From a virus, in the IMG/VR virus record IMGVR_UViG_3300030061_003198: a DNA stretch of 64,000 nt; one strand, 5' to 3'. Positions 1 through 10,562 of the stretch are shown here, piece after piece. Both the position numbers and the translations under genes were made by a program. Under the pieces are notes generated by a model. That model saw only the letters and a program-made list of their open reading frames with translations, did no database searches and was not told the DNA's origin. Position 1 is the first letter of the stretch, and each line of letters starts with the position of its first letter.

Positions 1-814
1 CTTTTAAATAATTTTCTGTTATCTCTTGGCCTGCTGCACTTAAAGTTGCCGGATACCAAAGAACTTCTCCATAGTCCCAATCACCATCATATGCATCTGA
101 ACCACCTCTATTTAAACTTATTCCTTCTCCTGATGCGTTTAGATCTGTTGTAGAAAGTGATTTTGAATCAGAATCAGCATCTGTTCCTATAATTGCTGCT
201 GCTATTGTAGATCCATCATATTGAAATTTGTATATATTTACATCTGATGTTCCAGGACTATCTAGCTCTATTCGTTTTGATGCCGTATTCCAATAGTCTA
301 TAAAGAACCTCAATACGCCGGCATAGTAATATATGCCCCAACCAGTGCTCCATGTTGTTCCGTTTGTTCTACTGACAAAGAATGAAAATGTTGACGGATA
401 TGAATTTCTTTTAGCTACAACATATAAACAAAATCCTCCGCTAGCATCTAAACTCGAATCATCATCTGTTTCCATGGAGTCGCCGTTTGCTGCATTAATA
501 CTTGGTAAGTTGTTTAGTACTGGGTTAGATGCTTCATATTGTGGATAATCTCCAGATGTTCCTTGTTTAAAATGATTGTCGTTACCACTTTGATCATCCC
601 ATTGAGATACATTGTTAGATCCATCTTTTGTTACACCAAATGTTGATTTAGACCAAACCGAATATCCAGGCGCTGGTTGAAGGCCTGCTGATAGATTTCC
701 ATCTTTTCGTGTAAGATAATGTTGTGTAAGTCCAAGTGAGCCACTATAACCTGTCTCTATTCCGCCAAATCTAAAATCTGGATTTGTATATCCGCTATTG
801 CCTCTTCTCCCCAT
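1..814 (-). CDS. Partial (runs off window) virion adhesin/lectin-like protein, LamG/concanavalin-like
   Basis: Not in ORF track. ATG at 814 overlaps upstream TAA (TAATG); translates MGRRGNSGYTNPDFRFGG...VSQWDDQSGNDNHF...GEVLWYPATLS, typical of LamG-like phage domains; open to window edge. Confidence 0.7.
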   Translation of the reverse strand, partial: MGRRGNSGYTNPDFRFGGIETGYSGSLGLTQHYLTRKDGNLSAGLQPAPGYSVWSKSTFGVTKDGSNNVSQWDDQSGNDNHFKQGTSGDYPQYEASNPVLNNLPSINAANGDSMETDDDSSLDASGGFCLYVVAKRNSYPSTFSFFVSRTNGTTWSTGWGIYYYAGVLRFFIDYWNTASKRIELDSPGTSDVNIYKFQYDGSTIAAAIIGTDADSDSKSLSTTDLNASGEGISLNRGGSDAYDGDWDYGEVLWYPATLSAAGQEITENYLK

Positions 815-1632
815 TATGAATTTGCCTTTAATCTTACATTTGCAATAGTCCAAGCTGGTTGGTACTGAACACTACTGTCAGCTTCGAAACTAAATATAAT
901 TCTTCGAGTGGTACCTACAGTCCATAAGCTACCATTAGTTATTTCACTTCCATCTATAGTTATACTTTCTCCATAAAATGCATTTCTTGCTGCACTAGTG
1001 CCGGCTCTAGAGTTAGAGTCTTCACTATTAAATTTTCCATTATTAGTATTAGCTGCTACGTTAGTGCCTACTAGTCTTTCATAATTTGAGCCATTAGTGA
1101 GGCCATATCCAGTACCAGCAACTGGTGTGAATGTGGTGTCAGCAAATCCTACGTAACCAAAATCAAAACTACTTACTCCACTACCATTCTCTCCATAACA
1201 CATCCATTCGAATGTGAGAGTCAAGCTTGTAGTTCCAGCTGGTATATCAAAATCAAAATACATATGACATTCTGTGTTTGCTACATATGTGTTATTACTA
1301 GAGTCACTTGAAACATATGCAGCATGAGTTGAGCTTGATGGTATTGTTTTTACAGCTCCATCGTTGCCTTTTGTGTTTTGTCCACATATCCATCTTTTAC
1401 TTGTTGATTCTTCTAAGTTTGTCCATTTTGACAAATCACCAGTTGCAAATGTATCTTCAAATAAAAATTCAGTTGGAAAGATCGGCTGTAAATCTCCTCC
1501 TAATCTTTCTAATCTAATTTTTCTATTTGAAAGTATGCCTATAGAGCTAGTTGTAGCAAGAGAACTAGTTACATTAGATCTAGCATCATAGCCTATTAAT
1601 CCGCCATTGCCTTTTCTTGCACTGATTCCCAT
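814..1632 (-). CDS. Virion fibre-associated/adhesin protein (beta-sandwich C-terminus)
   Basis: ORF track start 1653; ATG at 1632 (MGISARKGNGG) preferred because of TAATG coupling to the upstream stop; FEDTF..GDLSKW and W.IANVRL resemble lectin/MAM-type sandwiches. Confidence 0.6.
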   Translation of the reverse strand: MGISARKGNGGLIGYDARSNVTSSLATTSSIGILSNRKIRLERLGGDLQPIFPTEFLFEDTFATGDLSKWTNLEESTSKRWICGQNTKGNDGAVKTIPSSSTHAAYVSSDSSNNTYVANTECHMYFDFDIPAGTTSLTLTFEWMCYGENGSGVSSFDFGYVGFADTTFTPVAGTGYGLTNGSNYERLVGTNVAANTNNGKFNSEDSNSRAGTSAARNAFYGESITIDGSEITNGSLWTVGTTRRIIFSFEADSSVQYQPAWTIANVRLKANS

Positions 1633-4238
1633 TACGTCATTCCTTGATACCATACAAATATTTTAGTTTGATCTGGGATTGATAGATGTTTACCAGACCC
1701 TGAAAAGAATGCAGCTGATGCGGTGCTTGATACTGTTAATGATCCTGTTATTTGTAAATTGTTAGTAGTTGCAAAATATGATCCAGTTTCGTGGAATATA
1801 CTTCCTCCGCCAGCGCTTGGTAAATTTGTTAAACCAGATCCATTCCCTATAAAGCTTCCAGAAAATAAAGATGCAGAAACTGTACCTAATATAGTAACTC
1901 CTTGTGTTCCGGAGCCTGATATATATAAACTACCCGATAATATTGTATTTCCATTTACGTCTAAAGTGGATCTAGGATTTGTTTTATTAAGTCCAAAATT
2001 ACCTCCACCATTCCAATATGATTGACTTGTAGGTCCAACTATAAATTTAAGATTGGGAGAGTCATTATTTGAATTTTCTAGATAAACCCCAAATGTTCTA
2101 CGTTCTGTTACTGTTGTTGTGCCTTCATTTTGATCATTAGCTACTAAAGTAATAGAACTTATAGCAGTAGCAGTAGGTTGAGCATTTATTCCTATTGCAA
2201 TACTACCTCTACCTGTACTAGTACCACTTCCTGCACCAGCTCCTATTGTAATTGAATCTAATCCAGCTCTTGCAACTTCGCCAATACCAATACCTTTCAT
2301 ATCAGCAAAAGCTCCATCTCCTATAGCAACTGCGCCTTCTGCATTTGCAGTTGTTCCTAAAGTAGCTGAATTACCTATTAAAACAACATTTGCTCCTACT
2401 CCTGATGTTTGTCTAATTCCTCCAAATACATTTAATGAACCTGTAATTGTTCCGGAGCCTGATATATATAAACTACCTGATATTACTTGATTTCCATTAA
2501 ATGTATTTGATCCTGTAATTGCATATGATGAAGTTTGTGAATTGGTTACAAATGAAGACGTCTGAGAATTGGTTACAAATGATGAAGTTGCTGAACTAGT
2601 AACAAATCCTAATGCACTAATTTGGGTTGATCCAGATACTGTACCAGCTGGTATAGTTATTATATTTAGAGCATGAGATGCAGTAACTGCAAAACTTGAT
2701 GTCAATACCGACATCGAAGATGTCTGTGAATTGGTTACAAATGATGAAGTTTGTGAATTGGTTACAAACGATGATGTCTGCGAGTTTACTACAAACGAAG
2801 CGGTTGCACTATTTGCTACTACATTTGCTGTTTGTGCATATGATGATAGATCTTGATCACCTGTATTGGTTCCTGATAAATTTGAACCTAATACTGTGCC
2901 AGTTGCTAATACGTTTCCTGCTACTATATTTAATGATCCGCTAATATTTACACTACCAGATACTGTTAAGAATCCATTTTGTATTACAGACCCTGTGATA
3001 ATAGATAGTGTTCCTCCCAATCCCATATTTGCATGGTTAGTGCAATAGTAATATAGAGTAGGAGTAGAATTAGTTACAGATATCTGCGTATATGCTCCTG
3101 CAGATCCAGGACTTCCTGCAATAGTAACTCCGGTTGAATAATTAGATGATCCACCGGTGTCGGTTGAAAATCTTAGCGGATGGCTTCCTCCACTTCCGTT
3201 TGATGCGTCTGATTGGTCAAATTTATATGAATTTCCTGCAGTTAGACTTATAGACGATGTTATAGTTCCATCTAGATAATACTTATTACCTCCTCCTGGA
3301 TCGACTACTGTTACTGCAATTGATGATGTTGATCCATTACCAGGTACTACGCTACCTGACAAATTTGTTATAGTTAAGTTGTCAAAACTAGCTGTAGATG
3401 AATTTGTTAAAAACGATGATGTTTGTGAGTTTACAACAAATGAAGATGTCTGTGAGTTCACAACAAATGAGCTTGTTTGTGAATTGGTTACAAAAGATGC
3501 TGTTGCTGAGCTACTAATAAATCCAAAGGCTGTTATTTGTGCCGAACTAGATATTGTTCCTGATGGTGTACTTCCTCCTCCAATTAAAAATGAAGCTGTA
3601 GCTGCGAAACTCGCAGATACTACTGTTCCTAATAAAAGAGATGCTGTTGTTGCAAAGCTTGAACTTAAAACGGTCATCGATGAAGTTTGTGAATTAGTTA
3701 CAAATGAAGCAGTTGCCGAACTTGTTACGAATCCAAATGCAGTTATTTGAGCAGAGCTAGATACAGTTCCTGCAGCTGCAGATCCGCCTCCTACTGAAAA
3801 ATCAGCTCCAGCAATTGTAATAGTAGTTAAAGCAGTACCTGGTGATCCACCTGGATTTGCAACTACTGTTGTTCCGCCACCGCCACTAATACCAGTTAAT
3901 GCAGATCCGTCTCCTTGGAATGAACCAGAAAAAGATCCGGAGAATTGACTTGCGTCGAATATAACAGTATCGCCTAATGAAGAATCTCCAATCGTTAATA
4001 TATTGCCATTAGCAGATATTTTACCACCACCCATCAATTTTAATGTTGATTCTGCAGCCGGCAGTCCAATTTCAACATCACCTGCAGTACTTTGATCTCC
4101 TAATATAATATCATTATTAGATCCAGATTTTGGTAATATAACTAAATCTCCAGATCCAGAAACAAATATTTCACCCATTAGGTGTCCAATTGTATTAAAA
4201 AATTGTATTTTTTCGTTATTTAGTATCTGGTATTTCAT
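1632..4238 (-). CDS. Tail/neck fibre protein with Ser/Thr repeats, cupredoxin-like domain and YadA-head-like repeats
   Basis: 868 aa; SFVTNSQTS repeats, SGSFQGDGS, HPLRF...YYCTNHANMG, AVAIG/SITIG/SIAIG repeats, GNFGL.K.NPRSTLDVNG. Confidence 0.75.
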   Translation of the reverse strand: MKYQILNNEKIQFFNTIGHLMGEIFVSGSGDLVILPKSGSNNDIILGDQSTAGDVEIGLPAAESTLKLMGGGKISANGNILTIGDSSLGDTVIFDASQFSGSFSGSFQGDGSALTGISGGGGTTVVANPGGSPGTALTTITIAGADFSVGGGSAAAGTVSSSAQITAFGFVTSSATASFVTNSQTSSMTVLSSSFATTASLLLGTVVSASFAATASFLIGGGSTPSGTISSSAQITAFGFISSSATASFVTNSQTSSFVVNSQTSSFVVNSQTSSFLTNSSTASFDNLTITNLSGSVVPGNGSTSSIAVTVVDPGGGNKYYLDGTITSSISLTAGNSYKFDQSDASNGSGGSHPLRFSTDTGGSSNYSTGVTIAGSPGSAGAYTQISVTNSTPTLYYYCTNHANMGLGGTLSIITGSVIQNGFLTVSGSVNISGSLNIVAGNVLATGTVLGSNLSGTNTGDQDLSSYAQTANVVANSATASFVVNSQTSSFVTNSQTSSFVTNSQTSSMSVLTSSFAVTASHALNIITIPAGTVSGSTQISALGFVTSSATSSFVTNSQTSSFVTNSQTSSYAITGSNTFNGNQVISGSLYISGSGTITGSLNVFGGIRQTSGVGANVVLIGNSATLGTTANAEGAVAIGDGAFADMKGIGIGEVARAGLDSITIGAGAGSGTSTGRGSIAIGINAQPTATAISSITLVANDQNEGTTTVTERRTFGVYLENSNNDSPNLKFIVGPTSQSYWNGGGNFGLNKTNPRSTLDVNGNTILSGSLYISGSGTQGVTILGTVSASLFSGSFIGNGSGLTNLPSAGGGSIFHETGSYFATTNNLQITGSLTVSSTASAAFFSGSGKHLSIPDQTKIFVWYQGMT
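2531..3760 (-). repeat. Degenerate 27-bp (9-aa SFVTNSQTS) tandem repeats in several clusters within the fibre gene
   Basis: Plus-strand unit gatgaagtttgtgaattggttacaaat and variants near 2530-2590, 2715-2800, 3415-3500, 3680-3710. Confidence 0.85.
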
Positions 4239-4243
4239 ATATT

Positions 4244-4252
4244 AATAAATAT
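4244..4252 (-). promoter_or_regulatory. Putative late promoter motif ATATTTATT
   Basis: Recurrent motif, 5 nt upstream of fibre ATG. Confidence 0.55.
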
Positions 4253-7200
4253 CATAATTTAATTTTATTGAACTTATAAATTTGTGTTAAATCAGATGTT
4301 TGTTGCAATACTCTATTTCTTCCTGCGGAGTTTGTAAATGGAGTGTTCTGTGATGTTATATAATGTTTTTGATTATCAAATAATTTTAAGAAATCCATAT
4401 TGCTGTATTGTATATGTATTTTTGATACATCTGGAGTTACAATTTTAAAATTTAAATCTTTAAATGAACAAATCAATCCTATGGGCATATAATATTGTCC
4501 TTTAACATAAAATGAAAATGTATATGTACCTTTATTTAATGTATATTGCTTATTGGTAGCTATTGTAGTTAAGTCTAATTGATTTAATCGAATAACATCT
4601 AAAATAGTATTAGTTGTTTGATTTTCAAATATCCATTCATGTTGGGATTGAGCATAAGCATTATATTGTGGTTGGGCGTAACTAGAATATGCTGAGTCGC
4701 CGAACATAGCTTGTAATGTTGTTTTATATATAAAATTAAAATCTATACGTACTGGGGTATTATCCTCTGATACTTCAAAATGACAAGCTATATGTCTAGC
4801 TGTTTCTGTTGTTCCGCCAGAATCTGGATTTGGTAATGTATCTCCTCTCCAATATAATTCATATAATCCATCGGTTTTAAAGGTATCAGTTTTAACAATT
4901 TGAACTTGAGCTGTATTACTAGCTTTAATTAATACATAATCTCTATTTCCAAATCTCCTAGAGTCTGAGCCTTTGAAGAAGATTGGATTTGTGCCTTGAC
5001 CTGGATATGTTCCTAATGTCGATTGGCCTCGGCCGGTATAGGTATCTACGTACCCCAATTGAGAGCTGCGCATTCTAGGATTTGCTGCAGATGGATAATA
5101 AAATACATTATTTGTGTTATTTTTAAAATTATTTCTTGTATTCATTTCATAATCTATTAAAGGGCCATTAACGGCGCTTTCAAGATAATTATCTCTCCAG
5201 TTCCAATTGTATTCTTCAGGAAAAATATTATTACTAGTATGTATAACATTTGATAAATCTGATATTGCATTATATCCTCTATCAACACGAATTCCGCCTG
5301 TTAAAGCATGATTACGTTGATAACCTCCAATCATAAATGTATTTTGTAAATATACTTTTCCAGTAGCTTGCGAGGTACCTAATCCATATTGATCTATAGG
5401 TACATTAACACCGCCGGTTATACGATGTTGTGCTACGCAAAAATTAATTACATTTTTTTGTTTTCTTGGATACATAAATCCTAAATAAGTAGTGCTTCCA
5501 TATGTCATAAAAACATTGAATGCTAATAATTGGGATGGAGCAGATGGATTTGCTGTTGGGATAGCTTGTAATGTATTATGAGTTAAAATATTACGATACA
5601 ACCCAGGTTTCATATGAGAAACATAACTTTCTTGATTTAAGAACATTCCTATATCTTCATAAGTTCGTATACCTTCATATTCATTACCATTATAATTATA
5701 TATTGCTCCATTTTTAAATGTTACATTACATAATTGTTGAGTTACATTATCACTTGAATATGTATATATAAAGAATGGGGCTGCTCTATCTCCAATTAAT
5801 GTTACTTGTCCTCTGTTATATTTGTATGCCATTGTACCAACACCAATATGTTCATGTGTTATTGGTCTGTCTAATGTTACTATATTATTATTAATAGCTA
5901 TTATATCATAATAACGATTAACTCCTCCTAAAGCTTGCTCATCCGGAGTTGATTTATCATAATACCCGGTCATATTGTGTACGTTTGTATAATTTTGCCA
6001 AGTTGAGTTATCTGTAGCAGTTGCGATATGACCGGTGGAATTCATTTGTTTACTCCAAAAGAATATTTGATCTCCAATTGCAAAGTTTTTTACATTAGCT
6101 AATTCTACTTGACATAAAGAAGAAGTTGGGCCGCCATAGGCATCAACACAACTAGCAGATGGAGGAGCATTATCTAATGATCCAGAAAAATTATATGCTC
6201 CAAAGAAAGCGTGCCTATAATATAAAGCATTAGATGTTCCGCCACGTGACTTATATTTTACATAACGTTTATTTACGGATCCGGAAGGGAAAGTATAATA
6301 ACGTATTGCGCCTCTATATGTAGATCTTCTTGTATCATCTAAAAGTCCAACTACTGTTTGCCAAGCTGGAGTAGCTACGCCAATATCATCGCAAACTTGA
6401 AATGTAATATCATTCATTTGGTTACTAGTATCTCTTTCAAACCCATATGCATCTTTAGAAAATACCATTCCAATTGTATCAAATTCTACTTGGGTTCTAA
6501 AATCATATATAATATAAAAATTATCATTTGATTGACCATAACTCCAATAGCTAGGATTATTCGATCCACGTGGAACTAATGTTGCTCCTTTATTATATCT
6601 GTCAGATGAATATCGATATGCATTAACACTAGGTAAACTAGTGCCACCAGCGGTTGTACCAGTATAACATGTTGCATACATGTATGGTAAAATAGATGTG
6701 TCGCCTTTTTTATACTCATAGTCCCATAATAAATTTTTAAATCCTTTTGCGTCAACTACTTCTGTTGCAATAAATTTACTGCGTTTATTTGCATATTGAT
6801 TATATAACAATCCGCCTTCTTTTATTTTGTCACGATATGTAAATGAATCTTGTGTATCTAATATTAACATTTGCCATTTTGTTTTAATATTAACGCTATG
6901 AATCGATCCATATTGTCCTAGAGTTAGACCAAGCCTTCCCCTAGGCATTTCAGTCTCTTTTTTGTCTATTAAAATTTCTCTACCTTTTGGATCTCCTAAA
7001 TATGTTGTTTTAAGATTATCATCAAAAACTATTCTTAAATGAGCACTACCGCCTGTTTTACTACCTCTTTGTGATTCTAATGATGCAGTTACTGAATGCC
7101 AGCTAGCAGTTAAATTATTTACAACAGGCCGCATATCAAAATTAGTGCTAGTTACATCGTTGTAATTTATAGCATTTTGTCGATATTGATATCTAAATGG

Positions 7201-10200
7201 CGTTGCTGGATTATTATATTGAGAATAAAGATTTATTGAGCCTGATATATTAGAAGCAGAACAAGGAAAGTTTCCAAAGTTAAATCCTTGGGAGTAAACT
7301 GTTCCTGCAGATTGCACTACTCGGCCACCATAGTTTCCTGATATGGTTGTTCGATCCATATATGGCCAAGGAGTTTGATATGCATAATCTAGATCTCCAT
7401 AAGTACTTCCATAACTATCTTTTCGACTAGGTGGTGAGAATGGAATACATCCATTTACTACGCCAAAAAATGTTGATGTGTACATTGCTTGACTCGATGT
7501 AGGATCATATAATCCATTTCTTAGCAAACTTCCAGAAACTATTATTTCTCCCCTTTGAAAATTTGAGGTATCTTTTAATTGGTATTCTCCTGATATGTAA
7601 TTAGTGGTATATATAGAATGGTATCTATATGTCTGATTGACGCTTCCATTTGTTCTATCCATTCTATATGATGGATGTACATTATACCAAGTATATGCTT
7701 GAGTCGGATCCAATTGTAATGATCGGTATCCTTGATTCGATCCTGATTTTTGTGCATAATTTAAAGCATTATATGCATTACTATTAAAAGATGCAGAGTC
7801 AGGAAAATGTCTACTTCCTCTATATGATCCTGTTATTAATAGTCTATCTTTCATGAACAGTTCAGTGAAATATGTACTAGGTTGTGTTATACCATATGTG
7901 CTAGAATTAGTTGGCCAGATGGAAGATGCAGAATAATCATTTTCTAATAGATCAAATACTTGATTTAATGCTGGTTGATTTGATGATGTAAATTCATAAA
8001 AATGTGATTGCGATAAATATGTAGTAGCATGTAATACATTATATGCACTACCACTTATAACTAATTTATCACCTGTTTGGAAATTTAAATGTGTACTATC
8101 TACTAATACAACACGCTTAGATCCAATATAATTAGAATCTGGAGCTTCTTTAAATGTTTCTGTAAAATCATTATGTGTATACAATCCCATATTTGATTGT
8201 ATCTCTCCCTCTTTTCCATACATTTTACCTACTGTAATATAATCGCCGCTCATTGACATTATTTGTACAATTTCATCTGTTTCAAATGCATGATCATATG
8301 ATCTTTCTATATAATATTTACCGTCAGTACTTGTATATCCGCCAACTGCATCTGTCCTTGGACGATTGTAAACGCTGAATTGTGGACTGGCGTGTCTATT
8401 TGCAAATTGATCTGAACTAGCTGACCACCATGTATTTGGATCATTTTCATCAATATAGTCTAAACCAAAATCAGTATTTTTAGCATGTATTTTAATTGAT
8501 CCAGTCGATTCTAAAGATATATAATCACCTACTCCAAAAGTATTTTGTGCATCGGTAATTCGTATTGTTGTGTCGCCGGCGCTAGCTGCTTCTGTTAGTA
8601 TAGACGATGAATAATTTGCTGATCCTGAAATTATTACTGATGTATAATTTTGTCTTTGATATATTCCTGATTCATAATTAGGAACTAATGATGTTCTACT
8701 AGAACTTAAATGTATTGTTGCTTGATCTGTTACTAATAATGTTGATCGAACTGCATAATCGTACATATCAATACTAGGATAATATGTACTATCTTCTAGA
8801 TCATGTATTGTAATTTTTGATTGATCTTTTACATGAAAATGGGTAAAGCCGCCCATTTCAATACGTCCTACCTCCCAATGCTGACTACCTGTTAATTCCC
8901 ATTGTTGCATTAAAGTATCACTATAAAAAGTATTGCTAGTTCTCCACATTGCACCGTTGACTTTATAAGTATTCGATCCAGTTAATGGAGCATACAATGG
9001 AACATGTATCACAGATTCTGTAGTATATAAAGAGTAATTTGTATCAATATTTATTCCACGCATATAGCTTGTTTGTGGATCTTGAAGATTAATTTTTACT
9101 ATTTGATGATTACCAGGTCCAAGGCCTTGGTAAAACATATTAGCAGTATATGCATATATATGGCCTGAGCCAGTTATGAATTTTGAGTAATAACCACTAT
9201 TTGAAGAAGTATATGGGGTTCCGTATTTAATACTAGCAGTTCCTTCTGGAAACCATATAGGATATTCCATATTTCTTAATGTGTCTCCGCTTCCACTAAA
9301 CCCACCTGTTACAAAGCCATATGCATGTGCCGCGCGGAGGTAACCACTAGTGTCAGTTCTAGTCATATTATAACTAGCAGCATTAACATATCCAAATGAC
9401 GGTCCACTAGTATGATTCGAGTTTCGATATTCGCTACCAGTAGTTGTAAATACAGTGAAACAGTTTAAATTATTTAGGTATGCGTTATTGTTATTTGTTA
9501 GTCCCCGAGCGTTATGAGGACCACGGATTTCCCATCTTCCTCCATTTGAAACATGTAATGCAGATCCAGTAAATAAATCAACCATTCTATCAGTCATTGG
9601 ATAGCCTTCATTAGCTGCTAGCCAATCTTCTTTGCTAACACCAAATGCTCTACTTCTTGTGTAATATGTTTCTCCGACTAATCCTAATGGTTCTGCAATT
9701 GTTACCCCATCAATAGTAAATGATGTATCATTGACACCATCATAATACAAATAATATGTTGAAGCATACATGAAGTATCTATTAGGCAATCGGTCAGCGT
9801 TATTTACATTGAATGTGTCACGATATAACCAGTTCCATTGATTTTCTGAGGTTGCATTGTAACTATGTGTTGTACCATATGTACTATTACCATTTACATT
9901 ATTGTATGCTCCTCTAAAATATGATTCAGTTCCACTTGCACCATATGCATATGCACTTTGAGCATAGGTACCACCAGGTATATCATTAACAATTCCTGGG
10001 AATTGTCTTTGTATTATATTCCATTTACTAGAAGAATATGAATAATTAGGGTGATTAAAATGAATTGGTAGTATCAGTTCTCCGTCATATGCATTACTAT
10101 TGTTTTTGCTTGTGGCGCCTAAATAGATGTTATTTTCATAGGAGGTATAAACGGATGCCATTCGTTTAAATCTTGCTACATCTTCCTTACCAGGTACTAC

Positions 10201-10278
10201 TCCACCTTCCCAGTTTTTAGGGTCTAACGGATTCCAACATTGGGTAGTTGGATTATATATTGATTGTATTATTGCCAT
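4252..10278 (-). CDS. Very large virion protein (2008 aa), putative receptor-binding/carbohydrate-binding fibre
   Basis: N-terminal W..P.NW.GGVVP motif (G8-like start), F5/8-like segment YIIYDF...RYVKY, Tyr/Asn/Ser-rich; within fibre cluster. Confidence 0.6.
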   Translation of the reverse strand: MAIIQSIYNPTTQCWNPLDPKNWEGGVVPGKEDVARFKRMASVYTSYENNIYLGATSKNNSNAYDGELILPIHFNHPNYSYSSSKWNIIQRQFPGIVNDIPGGTYAQSAYAYGASGTESYFRGAYNNVNGNSTYGTTHSYNATSENQWNWLYRDTFNVNNADRLPNRYFMYASTYYLYYDGVNDTSFTIDGVTIAEPLGLVGETYYTRSRAFGVSKEDWLAANEGYPMTDRMVDLFTGSALHVSNGGRWEIRGPHNARGLTNNNNAYLNNLNCFTVFTTTGSEYRNSNHTSGPSFGYVNAASYNMTRTDTSGYLRAAHAYGFVTGGFSGSGDTLRNMEYPIWFPEGTASIKYGTPYTSSNSGYYSKFITGSGHIYAYTANMFYQGLGPGNHQIVKINLQDPQTSYMRGINIDTNYSLYTTESVIHVPLYAPLTGSNTYKVNGAMWRTSNTFYSDTLMQQWELTGSQHWEVGRIEMGGFTHFHVKDQSKITIHDLEDSTYYPSIDMYDYAVRSTLLVTDQATIHLSSSRTSLVPNYESGIYQRQNYTSVIISGSANYSSSILTEAASAGDTTIRITDAQNTFGVGDYISLESTGSIKIHAKNTDFGLDYIDENDPNTWWSASSDQFANRHASPQFSVYNRPRTDAVGGYTSTDGKYYIERSYDHAFETDEIVQIMSMSGDYITVGKMYGKEGEIQSNMGLYTHNDFTETFKEAPDSNYIGSKRVVLVDSTHLNFQTGDKLVISGSAYNVLHATTYLSQSHFYEFTSSNQPALNQVFDLLENDYSASSIWPTNSSTYGITQPSTYFTELFMKDRLLITGSYRGSRHFPDSASFNSNAYNALNYAQKSGSNQGYRSLQLDPTQAYTWYNVHPSYRMDRTNGSVNQTYRYHSIYTTNYISGEYQLKDTSNFQRGEIIVSGSLLRNGLYDPTSSQAMYTSTFFGVVNGCIPFSPPSRKDSYGSTYGDLDYAYQTPWPYMDRTTISGNYGGRVVQSAGTVYSQGFNFGNFPCSASNISGSINLYSQYNNPATPFRYQYRQNAINYNDVTSTNFDMRPVVNNLTASWHSVTASLESQRGSKTGGSAHLRIVFDDNLKTTYLGDPKGREILIDKKETEMPRGRLGLTLGQYGSIHSVNIKTKWQMLILDTQDSFTYRDKIKEGGLLYNQYANKRSKFIATEVVDAKGFKNLLWDYEYKKGDTSILPYMYATCYTGTTAGGTSLPSVNAYRYSSDRYNKGATLVPRGSNNPSYWSYGQSNDNFYIIYDFRTQVEFDTIGMVFSKDAYGFERDTSNQMNDITFQVCDDIGVATPAWQTVVGLLDDTRRSTYRGAIRYYTFPSGSVNKRYVKYKSRGGTSNALYYRHAFFGAYNFSGSLDNAPPSASCVDAYGGPTSSLCQVELANVKNFAIGDQIFFWSKQMNSTGHIATATDNSTWQNYTNVHNMTGYYDKSTPDEQALGGVNRYYDIIAINNNIVTLDRPITHEHIGVGTMAYKYNRGQVTLIGDRAAPFFIYTYSSDNVTQQLCNVTFKNGAIYNYNGNEYEGIRTYEDIGMFLNQESYVSHMKPGLYRNILTHNTLQAIPTANPSAPSQLLAFNVFMTYGSTTYLGFMYPRKQKNVINFCVAQHRITGGVNVPIDQYGLGTSQATGKVYLQNTFMIGGYQRNHALTGGIRVDRGYNAISDLSNVIHTSNNIFPEEYNWNWRDNYLESAVNGPLIDYEMNTRNNFKNNTNNVFYYPSAANPRMRSSQLGYVDTYTGRGQSTLGTYPGQGTNPIFFKGSDSRRFGNRDYVLIKASNTAQVQIVKTDTFKTDGLYELYWRGDTLPNPDSGGTTETARHIACHFEVSEDNTPVRIDFNFIYKTTLQAMFGDSAYSSYAQPQYNAYAQSQHEWIFENQTTNTILDVIRLNQLDLTTIATNKQYTLNKGTYTFSFYVKGQYYMPIGLICSFKDLNFKIVTPDVSKIHIQYSNMDFLKLFDNQKHYITSQNTPFTNSAGRNRVLQQTSDLTQIYKFNKIKL

Positions 10279-10559
10279 TATAACGTTTCATTAAAATTTT
10301 GAATTGATTCTTTTACTAATTCTAACCATTTAATAAAGTCTTTAATATAAGCTATATTGTCCATTTCTGCTTTTTTGTAATTATCAATTGACGTTTGTAT
10401 AGACTGTAATAACGTTATAATATCGTCTTTATTATAATTATGTGTTAATGAAATTGTATGTGATTCTTGATTGATCTCAATTGTAGTATCAGTACTAAGT
10501 GCATATAGTAATGTTACTTCTGGAGTCATTATAGTTTCTAGTGCTTCGATTGATTGCAT
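10278..10559 (-). CDS. Hypothetical protein (possible fibre chaperone)
   Basis: 93 aa ORF tightly coupled between two fibre genes. Confidence 0.55.
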   Translation of the reverse strand: MQSIEALETIMTPEVTLLYALSTDTTIEINQESHTISLTHNYNKDDIITLLQSIQTSIDNYKKAEMDNIAYIKDFIKWLELVKESIQNFNETL

Positions 10560-10562
10560 AAC

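Noticed and set aside
2531-3760. 27-bp repeats as a CRISPR array
   Set aside because: Directly tandem, no unique spacers, vary at synonymous positions, and in frame within a CDS
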